From contig NC_057718.1 in assembly GCF_004010195.1 (NCBI RefSeq), positions 7,622,787-7,686,786 on the forward strand: a DNA stretch of 64,000 nt. Reading direction: 5' to 3'. The notes below the pieces were generated by a model. It saw only the letters and a program-made list of their open reading frames with translations, was not told the DNA's origin and ran no database searches. The DNA comes from Chiloscyllium plagiosum. Its lineage: Eukaryota. Made by a program: the position numbers and the translations under genes. Positions 49,496 to 62,097 of the stretch are shown piece after piece (the stretch's first letter is position 1; each line of letters opens with the position of its first letter).

Positions 49496-49815
49496 GGTGG
49501 CATGGTGGCTCAGTGGCTAGCACTGCTGCCTCACAGCATCAGGGACCTGGGTTCGCTTCCAGCCTTGGGCAACTGTCTGTGTGGAGTTTGCACATTCTCC
49601 CCGTGTCTGTGTGGGTTTCCTCTGAGTGCTCCAGTTTCCTCCCACAGTCCAAAGATGTGCAGGTTAGGCCTTGGTAAATTGTCCAAGTGTGGGTTAGCCA
49701 TGGGAAATGCAGGGTTACAGGAGTAATGTAGAGGATGACTCTGGGTGGGATCGTCTTTGTGGTTTAGTGTGAACTTGATGGGCTGAATAGCCTGCTTCCC
49801 ACTGCAGGGATTCTG
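49496..49815 (+). mobile_element. HE1-type V-SINE
   Basis: Head, V-domain, tail actgcagggattct. Confidence 0.88.
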
Positions 49816-50675
49816 TGGCGATTAATTAGTTTAGTTGAAATGCTGCTCATTCATAAATGTAAATGCTTTTATTTTGAATTGTGACTGAGCAAGTTGAATT
49901 TACTTTTGATTGATTAAGCCAAACCCTTGGTTTGCTAGACCAGCCATAACCCCCTGTGAAATGCCTTCACTCAACTTCACACACTTCGTAATGTTCAATT
50001 TAAATGCATAAAATGAAACTTTTGTGTCATCAAAACAGCGGGGAACTTGAGTCTTGCTGGAAAACAACATGTTGAAGCTCTTCCTCCTTCAATCATCAGG
50101 ACCAGTGCAAGAATGCCAGGTTTCAAACCATCCCAACAATGTCTATCCCAACAGGATAGATATTGATACTGATTGGTCACAAGGCACTAATTGACTCTGA
50201 TTGGCCTAGAGGTTGCTATAGAAGAAGCAATGGGGAAATCTGGGAAGTCACGAAAACTCCGTTTGTTTGCGGACCTCAGGGCCCGGCCTATGAATATACA
50301 TCTCCTATAGCCAGTGTAAAGGTTCAGGAACATGAGTTTTTCTCAGCAGTATTCAGGCAGTGTTAGCAAAGCCTAACAGGGGTCCCAACACCTTTAAAGC
50401 AAAGGCAGGAAGGATAGAAAATCAGCAAGGACAGAAAACAAGCAACACTTCTGTGACTAAACTGGTTGTGTCATACAAATGGCGCAGGTGTCAGTCAGGT
50501 ATGAGGGTTTCAAGCAGATGAAATCACTTACTGTTCACAGAGACTCCAGTCAGTGGCATTATTATCCACTAACAAGCTCTCATTGACTGTTATTGTATCT
50601 GCTCATAAATCCAGGTACGCTGCTGGATGGCCAAAACAGAAATTGTGTGATTTAGATCTGGTTTGGTCAAGTAAG

Positions 50676-51018
50676 AAGTTTATAAAATCATTGACAGTGT
50701 CTTTTCCCTGGGGTGGGGGAGTCCAGAACAGGAGGGGATAGGTTGAGGATGAGAGGGGAAAGATTTAGAAGGGACCTAAGGTGCAATTTTTTCACACACG
50801 CAGTGGTGCGTGTATGGAATGAGCTGCCAGAGGAAGTGGTGGAGGCTGGTACAATTACAACATTTAAAAGGCATCTGGATGGGTATTTGAATAGGAAGGG
50901 TTTGGAGGGATATGGGCCAAGTGCTGGCAAATGGGACTAGATTAATTTAGGATATCGGGTCAGCATCGGCGATTTGGACTGAAGGGTCTGTTTCGCACGT
51001 TGTACAAATCTATGACTG
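50676..51018 (+). mobile_element. CR1 LINE 3' fragment
   Basis: GERFRRDLRCNFFTHAVVRVWNELPEEVVEAG. Confidence 0.92.
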
Positions 51019-52345
51019 TAAGTGTCCGAGAGGTTCAGTTATCCATGAAGTTATTTTGTTAACACTGTTATCTCGTGCCAAGGTGTGGACTGGCTGCCAG
51101 TGTTCTGAAGGGCTGCTGTGTCGAGTTGTCGGAAGTTGTGTCTGAGCATATGATAAATACCACTGTGCTGAGTTGTGTAGTTTTGACTTGTTCATTTGCA
51201 TCAGATTTCAGTTTCAAGAGTAACCCTTTATTCTGCAGAAATTTGCATTTTGCAGGAGACCGGGGAACAGAGATGAAGCTCTCACAGATGAGAAACCAAA
51301 TGGCATGATCTATATTGCAGTAAAACTGGTCCAGGAGTGACTAAAGGACAAACTTGCTTTTCTTTCATTGCCTTCCTCAACCTCTGGGACATCCAAGATA
51401 ATTTTGAGTCCATTAAGGACTTCTTGACGTGAAGTCAGTGTTGGAAACTCAAGTTTTTGTACAAGAGGAACTGTAATAATGACCAGACAGTGAGCTCGGC
51501 GAAAATGGTCTTCATAACACAATCTAATCAACCACGATCTGATTAAATAGCGGGATGGGCTGCATCACCCACTCCTGGTACACAAAGTGATGTTGCTGTG
51601 CTTGGCAATGCCAGTTGAGAGAGTAATATTGCTCAGCGGTGCCAACTGGTAACTCTTCTTGCATATCTTTGAAATGTGCCATTGGAGTCTTTCACATATA
51701 CCAGAAAGGCCATTTGGCCCCTCAGTTTAAAATCTAGCCCTCCCCAACAATGCAACACATGCCCAGCACTGCGCTGAAATGCAGGTTAGATTCTCCTTCA
51801 CTCCCTCCTCCCACTTCACCTGAGGAAGACCTCAATATACTAGCAGCATCAGCAACTTGGATTTATGTAGCCAACTATTAACATTCCGAGATGCTTTATG
51901 GGAGTGTAAAGCGAGCCACATGTGGGGAGCTGGCTGTAGATATTGCTAATGTGATAGCTTAGATCCTTACCATACACCTCTGATGCAGGTGGAATTTGAA
52001 CCCAGACCACCAGGCCAAGAGCTGGGGACCCTACCACTACATCACAAAAGCCCTCTGGGGGGAGATGGAAACTTGGTGGAAGAGGTGTGATTTGAGGATT
52101 GTTTTAAAGTCTGAGAGAAAGGGGCTTAAGGTGGAAATTCCATTGTTCAGGACTTTAACAGCAAAAGAGACATTTGGTGGAGCGTTTTTAAAGTTAGGTC
52201 CACGGAGAGGGTGGAGAGATGTGGAGCTGCGAGAGCTTATGGAGACCAAGAGGGAGTGAGGATGCTGAGCAATCTGAAACCCTCTGATCAGAGGAGTGTG
52301 CGCTACCCACTGAGTAAAGATTCACATGCTGACTTCAGTCTCCCT

Positions 52346-52472
52346 CCGGCGAAAGTGAGGACTGCAGATGCTGGAGATCAGAGTCGAGAGTGTGGTGCTG
52401 GAAAAGCACAGCAGGTCAGACAGCATCCGAGGAGCAGGAGAATCAACATTTCGGGCAAAAGCCTTTCTATCT
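52346..52472 (-). mobile_element. Penelope-like terminal module P1
   Basis: Perfect 16-bp TSD tgacttcagtctccct 52330-52345 / 52473-52488. Confidence 0.82.
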
Positions 52473-53427
52473 TGACTTCAGTCTCCCTTAGTCAGAGGGA
52501 GAAACAGATTTCATCAGGAAATGCATACTCAAAATGACAGAGTCAAGGACTCGCAGCCCTCACATACAGCAGTCTTGGGGAGGGGTATTTTTGAAGACAC
52601 GATATGATGCATGCTGGGAGAATGATGAGGGTGACTCAGTTGTGTTTCAGAAATGGCGTGGGCCATGGATGAAATAGCGAAATGGAGAACTGGAGGATAT
52701 GAACCCTCTTGAGGGCTGAACCATCTTAATGGTGCAGACAGTGAAAAATAATGCACACACAGCCCTTTGTCAGAACATCCCCACTTAATCACAGAATTCC
52801 TAACGTGTGGGAAGAGACCATTCAGCCCATCGATTCTGCACCGACCCTCTAACGAGCATTCGACCCAGGCCCATTGCCCTACCCAAACCCTGTAGCACCA
52901 TGTTCACCATGAGTAACCCACCCTGTCCTGCACATCCCTGGGTACTACTGGGACAATTTAGCATGGCCAATCCACCAAACCTGTGGATCTTAATGACTGG
53001 GTCAGCCAACTGTCTTGGGATGACAGTGATTAGCAACTGAGTTTCAGAGCAGACCAGGCCTTCAGCTACTCACACATTGCTGTGCCATTGTGGGAATACA
53101 TAAAAAATATTCAGTTTTTTCCCTTGTCTCAGATCAACAGTACGATCTGGGTTTCTAAGGTACCACAATCCTGAGTGTGCTGACTGCCACACTCACACCC
53201 GATTTGCAAGACTCAGTTGAGTTCTGAAAAAGGGCTATTCTGTTTTGCTCTGCAGAAATGTTGCCAGGTTCTCTCGCAATTTACACTTTGTTCAAAATCC
53301 GAACAGAGTTCATATACATCGGCCCAAAGTGACATACCTTCATAGACAGGCACCTGTTCCCTGCAAACAAAAGGAATCTGTCCAAGCCTCTCACCTATTT
53401 TCAGTTACCCAAGAGCTTTTCTTTTCC

Positions 53428-53745
53428 TTTATTCATTCACAGGATGAGGGCATTGCTGGCTAGGCCAGCTTTTCCCTAATTGTCCAGAGGGCAGCTCAGA
53501 GGCAACCACATTAGCTGTGGGTCTGAAGTCACACAAAGGCCAGATAAGGATGGCAGTTTCCTTTCTAAGGGACATTAGTGAACCAGATGAGGTTATGGTC
53601 ATCATTGGATTCTTAATTCCAGTTTGATGTTGAGTTCAGATTCCCCCATCTGCTGTGGTGGGATTCGAACCCATCTCCCCAGAACATTATTTGGGTTTGT
53701 GGATTAACAATCCAATGATAATGCCACTAGGCCATCATCTCCCAT
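53428..53745 (-). mobile_element. SINE family B
   Basis: Reverse complement from tail to head. Confidence 0.85.
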
Positions 53746-54059
53746 GGTGGAGCTAATTGCTTCCTGTAACATTGTCTACAGTGAAGATTCAGCCAGTTGC
53801 AGTTGACTTGTCAACCAGTCCGCACCCTTTCATCCTGTAATATGAATTATTGTTTGAATCTTGGCGTTCTTATGTTTGTCCTGCTGAGGCAAAACCTTCT
53901 GACAGGGTGCCTCTCTTTCCCGCAAAGCTGTTTCCTTTGTTGAACAGTGATGTAGTGTCTAATTCCTCGGTCAGTCTAATTCCTGTATCCAAAAAAAAAC
54001 ACGAAGAAAGAAACTCTGGCATTGCGCCGGGCTCCCACTACTCTCCCCTTTATCTCAGT

Positions 54060-54480
54060 CTCCTTCACCCCTTACCCCTCTGCACTTGCTGACCTACCTT
54101 AGTTCCTGGTCCAGTAACACCTCAAATTGTAAAATCCTCATCCAGCATTTTCAAATCTCTCCATGGACTCAACTCTCGCTCTTTCTAATCTCTTCCAATT
54201 CCGTAACCTTCTGAAATGGCTGCTTTTCTCCATCCCTCCCTTCTTACACGCAGCTGATTTTTAATCCCCCCCTCCCCCACCAGGTGGCCATGCCTTCAGC
54301 TCTGAAGTTTCCTCCATAGCCCCTTTTAAGGGGCACCAGTCTGTTTTGACCATGTATCTTCCTATCCCCATATATGGATCGGTGTCAGTTTTTTTCCCTG
54401 ATAAACAGTTGTGTGAAATAAATGCCTTGGGACCTTTTACTTTACAAAAGGTGCTATGTAAATGCAGATTGTTGTTGTAG
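54060..54480 (+). mobile_element. Old L2-type LINE 3' remnant
   Basis: gctgacctac...aaaatcctcatc...ttcaaatctctccatgg; tail aaaggtgctatgtaaatgcagattgttgttg. Confidence 0.65.
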
Positions 54481-54591
54481 CAAAGAAATACCAGAGGACC
54501 TGCAGTTCTCATGTAATATACAATGCACAACGAGGTCTCACAGATATATGGAGAACGAGGACACGATCATAAGAATGTAGTAAGAAAGCTC

Positions 54592-55092
54592 TTGTGAAAC
54601 TTGAAAGGGTTCAGAAAAGATTTACAAGGATGTTGTCAGGGTTGGAGGGTTTGAGCTATAGGGAGAGGCGGAACAGGCTGGAGCTGGTTTCCCTGGAGTG
54701 TCGGAGGCTGAGGGGTGACCTTACAGAGGTTTACAAAATCATGAGGGGCATGGATAAGATAAATAGATGTCTTTTCCCTGGGGTAGGGGAGTCCAGAACT
54801 AGAGGGCATAGATTTAGGATGAGAGGGGAAAGATATAAAAGGGACCGAAGGGGCAATCTTTTTCACGCAGAGGGTGGTACGTGTATGGAATGAGCTGCCA
54901 GAGGGAGTCGTGGAGGCTGGTACAATTGCAACATTTAAAAGGCATCTGGATAGGATATGAATAGGAAAGTTTGGAGGGCTGTGGGCCGGGTGCTGGCAGG
55001 TGGGACTAGATTGGGTTGGGATATCTGGTTGGCATGGACGGGTTGGACCGAAGGGTCTGTTTCCATGCTGTACATCTCTATGACTCTATGTG
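54592..55092 (+). mobile_element. CR1 LINE 3' fragment
   Basis: KLERVQKRFTRMLSGLEGLSYRER; ctctatgactctatg tail. Confidence 0.94.
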
Positions 55093-55959
55093 ACTTTAAA
55101 TCGGAGCACATTGCTGTGTCGAGTTTGCCTTGCCATTCAGCAAAGTTGTATTTTGATCTGATTTTGGTTTTAGCTCGAGCTTCCTGCCTGCCTCCATCAC
55201 CCATGAGCCCCTTGTGGATGTAAAGTCTCTCTAACTCTGCCTTGACGATATTCGATCCCCCAGCCTCCACTGCTCGCTGGGAAAGAAAATTGCGAAAGAA
55301 TTCCGAGAGAAGCCGAGTGGCCCTCTGAGAGAAAAGGCCTCTTCTCCTCTTCGTCTTAAATGGGCAAACTGCCCACCCTGCTCGCAGACTTAGCTACAAG
55401 ATGGACCATCTCCCTAGCCTCTACCCTGGTAGTTCCCTTTGCATATGCTTCACCTGTCATTGAAACTCCGAGTAAACTCCTCCTGCAGGGTAAAGCCAGT
55501 GGGTCTAATCCACAAGATTCCGCCCCTCCCCCCCCCTCCCCACCTCCCATCAGAATGGGATTGAGGTGGGACTGTGATACTGCTTCCTGTTGAATTGTTT
55601 GCTAATGTTTATTGGTGAGGATTCAGTGCAATTATTTTGATCAAAATCTGGTCACGTTTGGTGTTAATTGGCAAATTCAGAGCCCAGTGACAGATTTTGC
55701 TTCAGACTGCATTAATAAACAGCGAGAATGCATCTTAAGAGACTCAAATCCACTGGTCACCTTGCTAAGACAGAAAGTTTACATTGCTGTCGAAAGCCTG
55801 TATGTCTGGGGGAACAGTCTTCCCGATAATGCATTTGACCAGCCTGCCTTATACCGTCCAATTAAACACCCAAATAAAAATCTAACAGGCTTATGAATAG
55901 AAATGCAATTCGCGCATCAGAGGGAGACCCGTTAATACTGGAGAATGAGGGTGGGCTCC

Positions 55960-56150
55960 CTTAGCTGTATGGGTGGGTGAGTGAGTGAGGTGGCTGGTTT
56001 GTAGCGTGGAGTGAAGCCAACGCGTGGGTTCAATTCCTGCACCGGCTGAGGTTATCATGAAGGATCTCAGATGTGGTGACCCTCAGGTTCGACTCGCTGC
56101 CCGCTACCTCTCCCGACTGAGAGAGCAGTTCTCCGAAACAATGACAATTA
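55960..56150 (+). mobile_element. SINE family C (degenerate)
   Basis: gggttcaattcctgcaccggctgaggtt...gtggtgaccctcaggtt. Confidence 0.6.
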
Positions 56151-57109
56151 TGCTGTTACTATTCGGGAATGAATGTACTGTCCCCCCCCACCATCCATTT
56201 TGAAGTGTAGGATTTGAGTCTGCCCTGTGTTCCACCATGCAGTTTGGACTGCCATTTGAGCCTGACAGGATATGTCAGGTTGGAGTTGAGGGGTCACCTT
56301 TGACCTGCCAAGGGCACCTGACCCTGCTAGGAACAGCAAGTGAAACCCGACAAAGCCCAGCCGAAGACACTTCTGTTTCCGGCTCACATTGGTCCCCTCA
56401 AAGCAAACTTGGGAAGTTTTGTTCTGCTGGGGGTCAAGGGGCCCGGGCCACTGTCTGCCGACAACCCCTCCACTCTCCCCTCCTGCGACGGAGCGAAATA
56501 TTGGTAACCGTCGTGCCATGGAGATGCACCTGTTAAGACCACTCCATAGGCCAGTGTGTCAACTGCACCTCACCGTCCAATCTCAATGGACCATCCCAAA
56601 GGCATGGTACAGCCAATGAGGCACTCTCAAAGGGTGTCCAAGCATGTGACAGGGTCATACAGCATAGAAACAGTCCCTTCAGCCCACCATGCTCATGCTA
56701 GCCAACACACAACTCATCCTGTGATGTAGCAGCCAACTTGCACAGCATGATCCCACAAGCGCCAGAGCGACATTGGCTGATTATTTTTTTTCCTGAGCAA
56801 AGTTACATGAAGAGTTAAATACCACCACCCCCACCCTCCCGCAGTTGCTTCTCTGTGACATACCCCACAAATGGGGTCATTTCGCCCCCACCAGAGAGGG
56901 GCAAAAGGTGGACGTTGAGGCGAGAAGGGGTTGGGGTGGGTGGGTGGGATCAGATTTAAGGACTCACCCACAAGACACTACCTCCAGCCCCCGGAGCGCC
57001 CCCTCAGTGGGAGCCTGTATCTCAGGAGTGGGGCATTGCATGTCTGACTGTGTGGCGTGTGTGTTCACTCTCGGGTCAGTCTGAACTACCAATCCTATCC
57101 CCTACATCA

Positions 57110-57767
57110 GGGTGGCATGGTGGCTCAGTGGTTAGCACTGCTGCCTCACAGTGCTGGGGATGCATGTTCAAGTCTAGCCTCGGCAATTGTCTGTGTGGAG
57201 TTTGCACATTTTCTCCGTGTCTGCGTGGGTTTCCCCTGGGAGCTCTAGTTTCCTTCCATAATCCAAAGATGTGCAGGTTAGGTTGATAGGTCCAGTTATA
57301 AGTGGAAGTTTTAGGGGAGGCAATGGCCGAGTGGTGCCGGTGGTGGACTATTAATTCAGAGATCCAGGAAATCTTCTGAGGAACCTGCGTTTGAATCCTA
57401 CCACAGCAGAAGGTGGAACTTGTATTCAGTAAATATCTGAAATGCAGAGTCTAAGGATGGCCATGAATTGGGAAAACCCATCTGGTTCACTAATGTCCTT
57501 GAGGGAAGGAAACTGCCATCCTTACCTGGTCTGGGCCTACATGTGACTCTAGGCCCGCAGCAATATGGTTGACTTTTAACTGCCCTCTGGGCAATTAGGG
57601 ATGGGTAATGAATGGTGCCTAGCCAGCGATACCCACATCTCATGAATGCATAAAAAAAATTGACCATGGGCGATGTAAAGTTAGAGATTCTGAGTGGGGC
57701 AGGGGAGAGATGGGTCAGTGTGGACTTGATGGGCTGAATGGCCTGCTTCCACACTGTAAGGATTCTA
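57110..57767 (+). mobile_element. HE1-type V-SINE split by a family B SINE (57314-57659)
   Basis: HE1 head and V-domain 57110-57285; HE1 tail gggtcagtgtggacttgatggg...cacactgtaaggattcta 57710-57767; inner SINE starts ggggaggcaatggcc and ends in an A-run. Confidence 0.85.
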
Positions 57768-58352
57768 AGTCACATGTCAAACTTCTTGACGATAGAAAGC
57801 AGGAATGTGCAAAGCCGCAGGGAATTCGTCACTGTACGTTAGAGAGCTTTTTTTAAATGTCCTATTTTATTTGCTGACAATGCCAGCCCCTTGGGCACTG
57901 TTTCTTCATCTCTTTGATGCCACCCTTGTTAACCAAATGTTGGTGAAACGTGCAGCTACGAAGCCTGATAAATCTTGTCAAATGTCACCTGCTCGACAGC
58001 TGAAAATGGGTAGTTTCTGGGCCAGGCTTTGGAGAAGGCAGCTTATTCTCTCTCACTTTAATAGTTTGCCCTTTTGCAGCGAACAAGAGTGTTATCTGCC
58101 CACCCACACTCATCTGCCTTGCTGACGTGGTGCCTCAGTGCCTCATTTGCACATGCTATTTTTGTGAAGGAAAGCAGAGAGCTATACGCCTGCTCCACCT
58201 TCCCTCACCCACCCCCCTAGTGAGTGGCTCAGTCAGTTCAGCAGTGGCCCTGACACAATGATCAGATCCACTGAACCTTTTACAGACAATCAAAAGCACC
58301 TCACAGCCACTGACATGTCAGACTCCTGTTGCTCCTGGCAGTAGCGGAGGCT

Positions 58353-58375
58353 ACACACACACACACACACACACA

Positions 58376-58436
<61 letters not shown>

Positions 58437-58678
58437 CTCTCACACATACACACACACACAGACTCACTCGCACAGATACACACACACAGACACAAACTCA
58501 CACTCACACACAGACTCCCTCTCACACACAAACACACACTCACATAGACACAAGACACAAACATGTGTGCGCACACACAAACTCACTCACACAGACTCAC
58601 TCGCACAGACACAAACTCACACTCACACACAGACTCCCTCTCTCTCTCTCACACTCACACACACACGCACACACACAT
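58353..58678. repeat. (CA)n/(TC)n compound microsatellite with internal duplicated block
   Basis: Block acagactcactcgcacaga...caaactcacactcacac..agactccctctc occurs at ~58457 and ~58591. Confidence 0.93.
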
Positions 58679-59284
58679 TGTGACTGTGCAATCTCCATAC
58701 TCTCTCTCTTTACCTTCTGGGGCTGAGGAGCTGAGTTAAAAGGGAAATGTAATTGCATTTCAGCCATGCTGTTCTTAACTGCAGCCCAACTCAAGGGTCA
58801 CTTAAACCTTCCCAAGGAGGGTGGCATTTTTTATATATTGTCACAGACAGGGAAAGTGAATATTTTGCTAGGAGTGAGTTTGGGAATCCTCTGTGGTTCA
58901 GTAGGAATTTCTGACCTGGAGCTTCTTCAAACTTCACAGCACTCCCTCTTTGCCAGATGCTACCTGATGGAAAAAGTGTGGATGTAAAAGGTCGAAGGTG
59001 CGCACCTGCAGGTTTATTGGCCTCGTTGGGTTGCACAGGCTGCAAAAGTGCATTTATTTTTATGTGTCTGTGTGAAAATGCAAAGGAACTTGGCCTTAAC
59101 CTGATGGGCAATGTCCCCCCTGACTGAAAGGTCAGCCCCATCTCTTGCCCTACACCCCACTCACCTGCGCACACATTCAGAGTTCAGAGCATTCAGAGTT
59201 TCGTCATCTCGCACCTCCTGTGTTCCCCGAAAGTTGAAATAAAGACTGCACTTATGAAGCCCCTGTCATAGCTTTCACCTTGCT

Positions 59285-59575
59285 GGTCCTTGGTTGGACA
59301 GCTGGTTTGTGGTGTACGGTTCAACATCAAAAGGGTTGTGTGTTCAATTCCTGCACTAGTTGAGATTAGGAGAAAGTGAGGATTGCAGTTGCTGGAGATC
59401 AGAGTCGAGAGTGTGGTGCTGGAAAAGCACAGCAGGTCAGGAAGCGTCGGAGGAGCAGGAAAATCAATGTTTCGGGCATAAGTGCTTCGTCAGAAACTGG
59501 TTGGGATTAGCACCGTCTCAACCTTTCCCTCGCCTGAGGCATGGTAGCCCTCAGGTTAAACCATCACCAGTCGTA
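59285..59575 (+). mobile_element. SINE family C split by a P1 module
   Basis: ttcaattcctgcact... resumes tctcaacctttccctcgcctgagg...ctcaggttaaacc. Confidence 0.65.
59370..59495 (-). mobile_element. Penelope-like terminal module P1 (degenerate hammerhead)
   Basis: TSD act(a/g)gttg(a/g)gattag 59355-59369 / 59496-59510. Confidence 0.8.
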
Positions 59576-59712
59576 TAGAGTCACATAGTATCCAGGAGCA
59601 AATTACTGAATCTGTACTAAAAACAGAAATGCCAGAGGTCACAGTGGGTCAGGCAGCATTCATGGAGAGAGAGCGAGCAAGCTAATGTTTCGAGTGTAGA
59701 TGACTGTTCATT

Positions 59713-60275
59713 GTGCAGCACAGAAACAGACCCTTCAGCCCAACTAGTCCATGCCGACCATAATCTCCGACTAAACTCGTCCCACCTGCCTGCGCTTGGC
59801 CCATATCCCACCAAACATTTCTTATTCATGTACTTATCCAAATGTAATTTAAACATGTAACTGTATCTGCATTCAACACTTCCTCTGGAAGTTCATTCCA
59901 CACACAAACCACTCTGTGTGTAAAACAAAATTGCCCCTCATGTCTTTTTTTAAATCTTCCTCCTCTCCCCTTAAAAATATGCCCCCTCATCTTGAAATCC
60001 CTCACCTTAGGGAAAAGATTTTCACCTTATCGATACCCTTCATGATTTTATAAATCTCTATAAGGTCACCCCTCAACTTCCCACACTCCAGTGAAGGAAA
60101 GTCCCAGCCTCTCCTTATGACTTAAACCCTCCATTCCCAGCAACATCCCAGTAAGGCTTTTCTGAGCCCTCTCCATCTTAATAACACCCATCCTATAGCA
60201 GGGCGACCAGAGCTAGAGACAGTACTCCCCAGAAGAGGCCTCACCAACATCCTGTCCAACCTCAACATGACATCC
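59713..60275 (-). mobile_element. CR1 LINE 3' fragment
   Basis: Minus ORF FKLHLDKYMNKKCLVGYGPSAGRWD and upstream ORF2 remnants. Confidence 0.9.
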
Positions 60276-60709
60276 CTGGTGGGCAACCTTTCCACACCAA
60301 CTCTGTGAAGTCCCCTTAGGATCTTCTACTTTTCCTTAAGGCCACCTCTCATTCTTTGATGTTCCAATGAGTGCAGGCTTCACCTATTTGACCTCTCCTT
60401 CAGACAGTGCCTCCAGATTTGACATTAGCTTATGGTACCTTGTCTGGACTGTCTCTACAGCCAGTATCTCTTTCCTCAGAGAAATAATATAACCAGGGAG
60501 CTGAGAGGTGGAATCATAAAATTGTACAGCACAGGAAGAGGCCATTCACCCCATAGTGTTTGTACTAGCTCTTGAAAGAGCTATCCAATTTCAGCCCACT
60601 CCCCTTGGTGCTGGTCTCTATAAGCTCTAAATAAATCAAGGGGCTTTTCTCCTTGGAGAGAATTAGGGGTTACAGGGATAAGGCAGGAATGTGGACTTGA
60701 CTGACATAA

Positions 60710-60840
60710 CACAAAGAACTGCAGGTGCTGGAAATCTGACAGAAAGTCAGAAATTGCCAGAGAAACTCAGCAGGTCAAGCACCATCCGTGGGGAGAGAAA
60801 ACGGAGTTAACGTTTTGAGTCCAGTGACCCTTCATCAGAA
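60710..60840 (-). mobile_element. Penelope-like terminal module, family P2
   Basis: Minus strand CUGAUGA-A-GGGUC-ACUG-GACUC-AAA-ACGU-U (G12>A); related pieces at ~13845-13950, ~41405-41520, ~59615-59710. Confidence 0.65.
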
Positions 60841-61517
60841 GATGGGCTCTTGAGGATTACCAGATGAGCCATGATCTCGTCGAATGGCGGAGTGGACTCG
60901 ATGGGCTGAACGTCCTACATCTTGTAGCCTTTGGATTGGACTGTTCTGGTTTGACTTTCCCTGGCAATTTGTGGGATAGTAACAGCGTGATGGGCAGTGC
61001 CCTTGCATCTGAGCAAGGAACCCCTGGTGGGCCAGGAAGGTGGTGAAACGTTCTGGGCACATGTCAGTGGAAGCCATTAAAAGCGGGCGAGAGTGAGTCT
61101 TGGTCAACCATGCTGGGCACAGAGTGGCACCCTCTGGAGATACAGCCTGTGGTGACAATCTCTTGTGATTGGTCCCGGTGAAAGGAACTGCGGAAACGGG
61201 TAGAAGCAGCACTTTGCTGGTGTCATGGGTCTTTCTAGATGTGGGAAAGGAAAAATACAAGTTTGGTGCTCAGGATGTGGTAAATCGATCATGCGTTAAG
61301 TGGACACGTTTTTAGCAATGACTTTACAGCTACTATAATGAGGTGACACTACTCTTGAACTGACACTGCATCCAGACTCATCTGAAGGATCTGAATTGGC
61401 ATGTCACCACGAATTCTGTTAAGGACCTTGCTCAGCACAGACGAGCTGCAACGTTTCCTTACATTGGTAAATGCTTTTCAGGTCTCCTGAGCTGTGCTAG
61501 GTGCTATACCAATGTAA

Positions 61518-61878
61518 ATGGAGACATATAAGGTAATCAGAGGGTTAGGTAGGGTGGACAGTGAGAGCCTTTTTCCTCTGTTGGTGATGGCGAGCACGAG
61601 GGGACATAGCTTTAAATTGAGGGGTGACAGATATAAGACAGATGTCAGAGGTAGTTTCTTTACTCAGAGAGTAGTAGGGGTGTGGAATGCCCTGCCTGCA
61701 ATAGTAGTAGACTCACCAACTTTAAGGGCATTTAAATGGTCATTAGATAAACATATAGAGGGGAATGGAAGAGTGTAGGTTAGATGCCCTTCAGATTGGT
61801 TTCACAGGACAGCACAACATCGAGGGCCGAAGGGCCTGTACTGCGCTGTAATGTTCTATTCGATGTTCTGTGTTCTAA
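61518..61878 (+). mobile_element. CR1 LINE 3' fragment
   Basis: ETYKVIRGLGRVDSESLFP...FFTQRVVGVWNALP; tgttcta tail. Confidence 0.92.
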
Positions 61879-62097
61879 ATCTGGGATGGTGCTGTCATGT
61901 AACAAAATCCAGTCACTTTCAGACCGATACATGAATGGGCAGGGAGCAGAGGGATACAGACCCTTAGGAAATAGTTGGCGGGTTTAGATAGAGGATCTGG
62001 ATTGGTGTGTTGTGTGTGACAACACTGTGTCACAACGGCTCTTCTTAATATTTTTTTAATTTAACCTATTTTTTGAATCATCTTGTTCAGGAACCAA

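Noticed and set aside
50010..50340. Segment with paired ctgattgg (CCAAT) boxes, promoter-like or LTR-like
   Set aside because: No definable termini or TSD and no second copy in the window to support a call
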